Source of the DNA: Natator depressus | Lineage: Eukaryota | DNA: 64,000 nt | Assembly (NCBI RefSeq): GCF_965152275.1 | Contig: NC_134234.1 | Coordinates: 39,394,920-39,458,919, forward strand | Direction of reading: 5' to 3' | Part shown: piece after piece, positions 56,780 to 64,000 of the stretch | How positions within the stretch are numbered: position 1 is the stretch's first letter | How the letters are laid out: every line of letters starts with the position of its first letter | Translations under genes and position numbers: made by a program | The notes under the pieces: model-generated | The model's database searches: none | What the model saw: only the letters and a program-made list of their open reading frames with translations | Told to the model about the DNA's origin: nothing

Positions 56780-58980
56780 GCCCCAGTCCTGCAAACAAGC
56801 ACACACAAGCTTAAATTGACAAAGTGGAGAGGCCATGGCTTATGTACTCCAAAACCCAGAATGCTGCATACTGTTTTTGTTGCAAACTCTTCCAGTCTAA
56901 TATTCCAGCCACATTGGGTTCTACAGGAACAAAGGACTGTAAAAGTCTGGCTAGAAATCTGGCATGCCATGAGAAGGCAGCAAATCACCAGAGAGCATTC
57001 CATAGGTGGAAAGAGCTTGAGATGAGATTAAGGTTAAAGGCCATCGTAGATGATCAGCATCAAGAGAAGATTGCATCAGAGTCTCTTTACTGGCAAAATG
57101 TTCTGAAAAGGCTCATTGCCACTGTGAGAATGCTTGCTACCCAAAAGCGAGCACTGCATTGCACTTCAGATCAGCTGTTTGTGCCAAATAATGGAAACTT
57201 CCTTAAAATTGTGGAGCTGATGGCTGAGTTTGATGCTGTACTCCAGGAGCATCTAAGAAGAGTCACCACCCGAGAAATGTACACACACCACTACCTTGGA
57301 AAAACAGTTCAAAATGAGATCATACAGTTACTGGCAACAAAAGTCAAACAGAACATTGTGGAAGATCTGAAGTCAGCAAGATATTACTCTATTATTCTGG
57401 AATGACACCTGACATCAGCCATATGGAACAAATGACTTTAATGGTGTGTTTTGTAACAACAACAGAACCTGGTGAAAATGTCCCTGCAGTGGTGACTGTC
57501 AGAGCATTTTCTAGAATTTATTGACATTGATGATACTACAGGAGCTGCTATGACAAATGTTCTTCTCAAAAAACTGGAAGATACAGGAATTGCGATAGCT
57601 GACATGAGAGGTCAGGGCTACGATAATGGTGCCAACATGAGAGGAAAGAACAGAGGAGTGCAGACACGGATCCGAGAGCTAAACCCTCAAGCTCTTTTTT
57701 GTCCCATGCAGTTCTCATTCATAGAACTTGGTGGTCAGTGATGCAACATCAGCTTCTAGTGAGGCTGCTGAATTTTTTAATGTAATTCCAAGCATCTATG
57801 TATTTTTCTCTGCATCAACTCATCGATGGCAAATTTTGAAGCGACATCTAGGAACATCCTCTCTGACACTGAAACCACTGAGTGCCACACAATGGGAAAG
57901 TTGAGTGGAGGCGATAAAGCCTATCAAACACCAAATTGGGAAGATAGATGATGCCCTCGTTGCCATTATGGAAGATAATGCTATGACAGGAACTGTTCAT
58001 GGGAGAACAGTGGCAGATGGAAATGGAATCACCAGAAACATACATAACTTCAAATTTGTGTGGCTTAGTGTTGTGGCATGACGTACTGTTTGAAATAAAT
58101 GTTGTAAGCAAGAGGCTCCAGGGTGTTGACCTTGATCTATCTGGAGCAATAGAACAACTGGACAAAGCAAAGTCATACCTACAGTCTTACCGGTCAGATG
58201 AGGGACTTCAAAACGTTCTGAAGAGTGCACAGAAGTTGGCAGAGGAACTTCACACTGAAGCTATTTTCCCACCCATTCAAGAATACAAGAGCCACTGAAG
58301 AAGACGACACTTTGATTATGAGGCACGAGATAATCCCATAAGAGACCTCAAACAACAATTCAAAGTTGAATTCTTTAACCAGGTGCTAGATTGTGCAATA
58401 CAGTCAGCTGAAGAACGTTTCATGCAGCTCAACGAACACAGCAGTATATTTGGGATGTTGTATGATACTCCAAAACTCCTCACTATACCTGAAGAAGACC
58501 TACACCAGCAATGCAGGGCACTAGAGACAGTGTTGACACATGATGACATGCGCGATATTGATGCGAGTGATTTAGGTGATGAACTGAAAGCCCTTTCAAG
58601 ATATATTTCAGCAGGATCAACTCCAAAGGCTGTTCTGGAATATATATGCACAAATAAGATGACCACCCTCTTTCCAAATGCTTTTGTTGCTCTGCGCATA
58701 CTTCTAACACTTCCTGTAACAGTTGCCAGTGGAGAACCCAGTTTCTCCAAGCTAAAGTTAATAAAAACACTTCTACGCTCCACAATGACACAGGAGCGGC
58801 TGGTCGTCCTTGCAACCATCTCAATAGAGCATGAGCTGGCCCAGACTATGGACCTTCAGCAGTTCAAACTTTGCAACCACGAAGCCACGGAAAGCACCAC
58901 TTTGATTATTCAAACAGATAAAGATGCCAGTGTTTACTATGCAGACAAGAAAAGTTACATGTGCTGTTCAGGCATTTGAA
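56780..58980 (+). mobile_element. hAT-superfamily transposase relic (family 2; TTF-type zinc finger + DDE core + hAT C-terminal dimerisation domain), multiple stops/frameshifts
   Basis: ORFs 56824-57405 (CFCCKLF...TTF-type finger), 57550-57741 (GQGYDNGANMRGKNRGVQTRIREL), 57999-58298, 58383-58979 (...LFPNAFVALRILLTLPVTVASGEPSFSKLKLIKTLLRSTMTQERLVVLATISIEHE, hAT dimerisation motif). Confidence 0.7.
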
Positions 58981-59059
58981 AGTTAAGTGTGACTTAAAAT
59001 TTTTGAACAACGCATTTTAAGTTGTTAGTTCTCCTTTATTGGGGTAGGTAGCAGAGCAG

Positions 59060-62000
59060 TACCATTAGAGAAGTAGAAAAGGAAGAAGGCAGACTTGAGA
59101 CCATTCAATGTTTTGGCCCAAGCAAGGGGGTATGAGGGAGTCATTTGAGCTCCCCGCCTCAGGTGCCAAAATGTTGTGGGCCGCCCCTGCGTCCACGACC
59201 CGGCACCGGTCTCCCTCCATGGCTCCGGTCAAGAAGCTGAAAAAGACTGTGAGGGGAAGATCTCTTACCTCCCGCAAGGGAAAGGAGAGGGCAGGGGGCT
59301 CGCCAGGACCCGTGCCAGGCAGCTCAGCTCCCCCTCGGGAAGTCGGGCCCCAGTTCAAGTCGAGCAGTGCAGCCTATCCCATGCCTTGACTGCGACTCAA
59401 GATAGTGGTGCAGGCCGCGGACAGTTTCAGATGCTATCAATGCCCGAAGCCCTTCAAGCAGCTCAAGAGATCCTGACGCTCCCAGTGCCGCCCTCACCGG
59501 CTCCAGCGGTACCCCGATCTCGGGGAAAACCCGCATTGGGATATGTGTGTGTGTCCCCGCCTCAGCAGTACTGTTCCCCATCAAGAGGGATGTCCCACAA
59601 GCGTTCACCCACCTCTTCAGTCCCCGCACCAGGGCATCAATAGAGGGATTCAAGGCGTACCTTGCTGGTAGATTGGCGCAGAGCCTCTGAGGCATGCGCC
59701 ACCCTGCAAGAACTCCAGGACCGGCCCTGACCATCTTCAAGGGATCAGTACCAATCCCAGGACTGATCGGGAACCAGAGACTGCCGATCGCCGGGCCGTC
59801 AAAACCCGTCTCCAAAAAGAAGGTCACCCTACTCAGACGATCCTCCCAGCAACTGGCTTGTAGTAGCTCCCAGTCCCATTCAACATCCCAGTACCGGTAG
59901 AGGCATGAGGCGTGGATCGCCAGGTATCTGACGCAGATCTACCAAATGCCGTCGGTCCCCAAGATAGTGTCACTCGGACAGTCAGCTTCAGGATGCAGCA
60001 ACCGGCACCAGTCAGACAAGAGCCACCGCTTAGCCCAATCCTGGTCACCTGGGACCGATCACTCCTCTGGTAGCTCCAGCTCAGAGCAAGGTTCCCTGAC
60101 TGTGGGACAAGCCCCGATACCGATGGTGCCGACTACATTATCAGCACCAAAACCTGTCACATGGCCCCAAGCGCAGTGCCCAGCGCCATGGTACCCGTGG
60201 AACCCTTGTGGATTCACCCAGCCTTCCCAGGAGACTTTGGGGGTAAAACCCCGCGGGTCCAGGAGGACCCAGGGGAGCAAGCTGTTTGACCACCAATGGA
60301 CATGGAGATTTCCACAGCACCGGCATCATCCTCGTCATCACCAGATGAGGCTATCACGGGGCCCCCTCACCCAGTTCCTCAGGATGACGCCAAAGCGCAC
60401 CAGGAACTTTTGAAGAGGGTCACTTCTAACCTGGGGCTTCAGGCAGAGGAACTGGAAGAGCCCTCGGATTCTCTGTTTGACATCCTCTGATCCTCAGCCC
60501 CTGCCAGGGTGGCTCTACCCCTTCATTAAGGAGTTTCTCAGATCACTAGTGCCCTGTGGCAGACCCCCTCTTCCATGGACCCTGTCTCTAAAAGGGCCGA
60601 ACACAAGTACTTCGTGCCAACCAAAGGGCATGAATACTTATACTCCCACACTGCCCCAATTCCCTTGTGGTTGAGGTGGTCAAGGAGAGTCAAGGATAAC
60701 CTGGGGCCACCCCCAGAAATAAAGACTTAAGGAGGCTGGATCTTTTTGGATGTAAGGTTTATTCATCTTCCAGCCTTCAGCTGAGAGTGGCCAACCACCA
60801 AGCCCTCCTTTACCGATATGACTTCAATATGTGGCAAGCCATGGCCATATTCGAAGGGTCGCTCCCCAAGGCTTCCAAGAAGAAGTTCTGAGCGATCCTC
60901 AATGCGGGCACAACTGCGGCCAGGGCTGCCCTCCAGGTGGAGTCAGATGCTGCTTCCCACACCATGGCTTCCGCTATCTCCATGCGGCGAGCCTCTTGGC
61001 TGCTCCTCTCTGTTTTGTCCACTGAGGCTCATCAGTCAGTGCTGGACCTGCCCTTTGACCGGTGGTCCCTATTTGAGACAGCAAATTGCACAGCCTCAGA
61101 GACTCCTGCACCTCCCTAAAAACCCTGGCTCTCTACATCCCAGCTCTGGTATGTAAGTGGTTCAAACCGCAGCAGTCGCAGGGCTATGGGAGTCAGCCTC
61201 GGCAGGACCAGCCCCATAAACAAGCCAAGGGCTACAAGCACCGCCCGAACCACCTGCCTCTACCCTCTGCCCAATTGGGCTTGACCCGTAATAAGCAGGG
61301 AGCCAAACGGTCATTTTGAGGGTGCGCCCAAGGGCGACCTACCAGACTATTCCCTGGATCCATCTTTCCCAGTGTTCTCCAACTGCCTTTCCCTCTTCCT
61401 CCCTGCCTGAACGGCTATAACCTCGAACCAATGCGTCCTCAGCATGGTGGAACAGGGTTATACCCTCCAGTTCCTTTCTAACCCCCACTTCCCCCTTGCC
61501 TTCCCCATCCCTCTTCAGGGACCCCTCTCTTGAGAGTCTCCTTGCGCAGGAGGTAAAGGGGTTACTACAGCTTGGTGTGGTGGAAGAAGTTCCTCTCGAG
61601 TACAGGAACATGGGGTTTTGTTCCCAGTACTTTTTAATCTCAAAGGCCAAGGGCAGTCTACGGCCCATGCTGGACCTGCGAGACCTCAACAAGTGCCTAA
61701 AGAAGTTAAAAGTTCTGCATGCTCTCTGGGCCTACTGGTAAACGACAAAAAGTCAACGTTAGTGCCAGTGTAGAGGATAGAGTTAATAGGAGCAGTCCTC
61801 AACTAGACCTGTGCCAGGGTATTCCTGCCGCTGGAAAGGTTCGACATGTTAATGGACCTCATCACTGAAGTCTCCGCATTCCCTCTGATTACAGCCAGGG
61901 TCTGTCTGCGCCTCCTGGGTCACATGGCAGCATGCACTTATGTGGTCCATCATTCCAGGCTCCAAATGCAGCCCCTGCAACAATGGCTGTGGATGGTCTA

Positions 62001-64000
62001 TTCCCAGGCCAGAGACCCCCTGGAAAAGATTGTTACCATTCCCCAGGCGATACTTACCTCGCTGCGATGGTGGACCGATCGTAGGACAGTCTTGGAAGGG
62101 GTTCTGTTTGACAGCCCCCCTCACTCCATCGAGTTGGTGTCAGACGCCTTGGACCTCGACTGGGGTGCTCATCTCAGCAATCTCCAGACACAGGGGATGT
62201 GGTCCCCGGAGAAGGCGAAGTTGCACATAAACGTCAAAGAGCTCCGAGCAGTCTTGCTGGGGTGCGGAGTCTTCCTGCCTCACCTGTCAGGCAAGGTGGT
62301 ACGAGTCCTGACAGACAACACAACCCCATCAACAGGCAAGGGGGAGCGCGCTCGTTGGCTCTCTGCCAGGAGGCGCTCCATCTATGGGACTTCTGCTTCA
62401 GCCACTAAATCCACCTGGAAGCTTGTCACCTTCCCGGTGTCAAGAATACGCTGGCGGACCAGCTCAGCAGGGACTTCTCTCACCACGAGTGGTCACTCCA
62501 TCCAGAGGTAGCCTACATGATCTTCCAAAGGTAAGGAACTCCCCAAGTTGACCGGTTCGCTAGCAGACAGAACCGGAAATGCCACAGGTTTTGCTCTCAA
62601 CAAGGTCTAAGCAAGGGCTCACTCTCCGATGCCTGCCTTCTTGTCGTGGTCAGGGAGCCTGAAGTACGCGTTCCCTCCAGTTCCACTCATCAGCAGGGTC
62701 CTGGCAAAGATCAAGAGAGATAAAGCACAGGTTGTTTTGATTGTCCCAGCGTGGCCTTGCCAACATTGGTTCGGCACACTCATGAACTTGTCAGCGGCAC
62801 CTCCCGGACCTACTGTGACAGGACCATGGTCAGCTCTTCCACCCCAATTTTGAGTCCCTCCACCTCTCAGCCTGGATGCTGCATGGCTGAATCAGGAGGA
62901 GCAGACCTGTTCGGAAGGAGTCCAACAGGTCTTCCTGGGGAGTAGGACAAGGTTTTCCTTCTGGGCATCCGAGCATGGCATCTCTCCCTTGCATTCTTTC
63001 ATACAGGCTGTCCTGGACTACCTGCTCCATTTGAGGAACCTGGGCCTGGCACACTTTCCCATTAGAGTGCATCTAGCAGCCATTTCCACATTTCACCCAC
63101 TGGTCCAAGGACAGACGGTGTTTTCCCATGACATGACAGTCAGATTCTTGAGAGGGCTCAAGAAACTCTTCCCACAGGTATGGACTCCTGTCCCACAGCG
63201 GGATCTTAACTTGGTCCACCCTAGGCTCACCGGCCCACCCTTTGAGCCACTGGGTTCCTGCTCCCTTGCCCACCTGTCATGGAAGGCCGTGTTCCTGGTG
63301 GTGGTGACGTCAGCAAGATGGGTCTCTGAAATTAGAGCCTTGACCTTAGAACCTCTTGTACACAGTCTCCTACAAAGATAAGGCTCAGTTGTGGCCCCAC
63401 CGGGCCTTCCTGCCAAAGGTGGTCTCCACCTTCCATATGAACCAGGACATCTTCCTCCCGGTGTTCTGTCCCACACAGCACAAGACCAGTGAGGACAGAC
63501 GTCTTCACTCCCTGGACATCCAGAGGACCTTGGCTTTCTACTTAGAATGTACCAAGCCTTTCTGAAAATGGATTCAACTCTTCATCACTACAGCAGATAG
63601 GATGAGGGGTCACCCGGTGTCCTCATGCAGGATTTCCAATTGGATCACCTCGTGCATAAGGACCTGTTACGACCTGGCAGGGGTTCCGCTGCCGCTGATT
63701 GTCATAGCCCACTCAGTGAGAGCACAGGCATCTTCGACGGCCTTCCTGGCACCACATCCCTATCCACGACATCTGTAGAGCCGCAACATGGTCCTCTGTT
63801 CACACATTTACTGCTCATTATGCCATCACTCAGCAGGCCAGGGACGACACTGGGTTTGCCAGAGCTGTGTTGTAATCCACACTTCTGTGAACTCCTACCC
63901 ACCTCCAGGGATACTGCTGTGGAGTCACCTAATATGGAATGGACATGAGTAAGCACTCAGGGAAGAAAAGACAGCTACCTTTTCCATAACTGGTATTCTT
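59060..64000 (+). mobile_element. DIRS-like tyrosine-recombinase retroelement, degraded (gag-like region, RT N-terminus, RNase H, YR); RT core apparently deleted; extends past window end
   Basis: ORFs 61496-61741 (RT N-term ...GFCSQYFLISKAKGSLRPMLDLRDLNKCLK), 61846-62511 (RNase H LDWGAHL...MWSPEKAKLHINVKELRAVLLG), 62629-62853 (YAFPPVPLISRVLAKIKRDKAQVVLIVPAWPCQHWF), 62989-63381 (SFIQAVLDYLLHL...RVHLAAISTFH, YR N-term). At 63625-63948 a shifted frame gives ...VIAHSVRAQASSTAF and ...WSSVHTFTAHY (YR catalytic region). Confidence 0.65.

Noticed and set aside
1-64000. Prokaryote-style novel system (defence island, CRISPR array, operon)
   Set aside because: The window is vertebrate nuclear DNA with spliced genes (PARP4, CENPJ) and interspersed retroelements. 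No direct-repeat/spacer arrays, no dense co-oriented ORF clusters, no bacterial promoter/RBS architecture.

Overview
This is a vertebrate genomic window, not a prokaryotic one. Repeat content (CR1 LINEs with ATTCTATG-type 3' ends, a DIRS-like element, hAT relics) and gene orthology point to a sauropsid, most plausibly a turtle. Two host genes sit head-to-head: (1) the first coding exon of CENPJ on the minus strand (~405-682), recognised from the conserved ...EAAYSDPLLQKLEQ / ...FPVAAFHLVKKK alignment to human CENPJ; (2) PARP4 (vault PARP) on the plus strand. Twenty consecutive PARP4 coding exons run from the ATG at 7587 to 55866. They cover the BRCT domain, the PARP catalytic domain and the VIT domain, and all have canonical AG/GT boundaries and consistent phase. 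A ~1.2 kb CpG island (1750-2930) lies between the genes and carries two ZNF143-type ACTACA..TCCC motifs. A second, smaller CpG/ETS-motif region (5380-5818) ends in a strong CAAG|GTGAGT donor. PARP4 introns are densely packed with mobile elements. These are a young, near full-length CR1 (8425-12840, minus) nested inside an older CR1, further CR1 fragments, two unrelated hAT transposase relics, an RNase-H-bearing non-LTR relic, two solo LTRs with perfect 5-bp TSDs, a degraded DIRS-like tyrosine-recombinase retroelement (59060-64000+), and at least four families of palindromic/MITE-like repeats. No CRISPR, operon-like or defence-island structure is present. The most unusual signals are a hairpin repeat family flanked by 11-13 bp direct repeats, GC-rich MITEs carrying paired inverted CCAAT boxes, and a His-Ala-Ser substitution at the canonical PARP His-Gly-Ser position.
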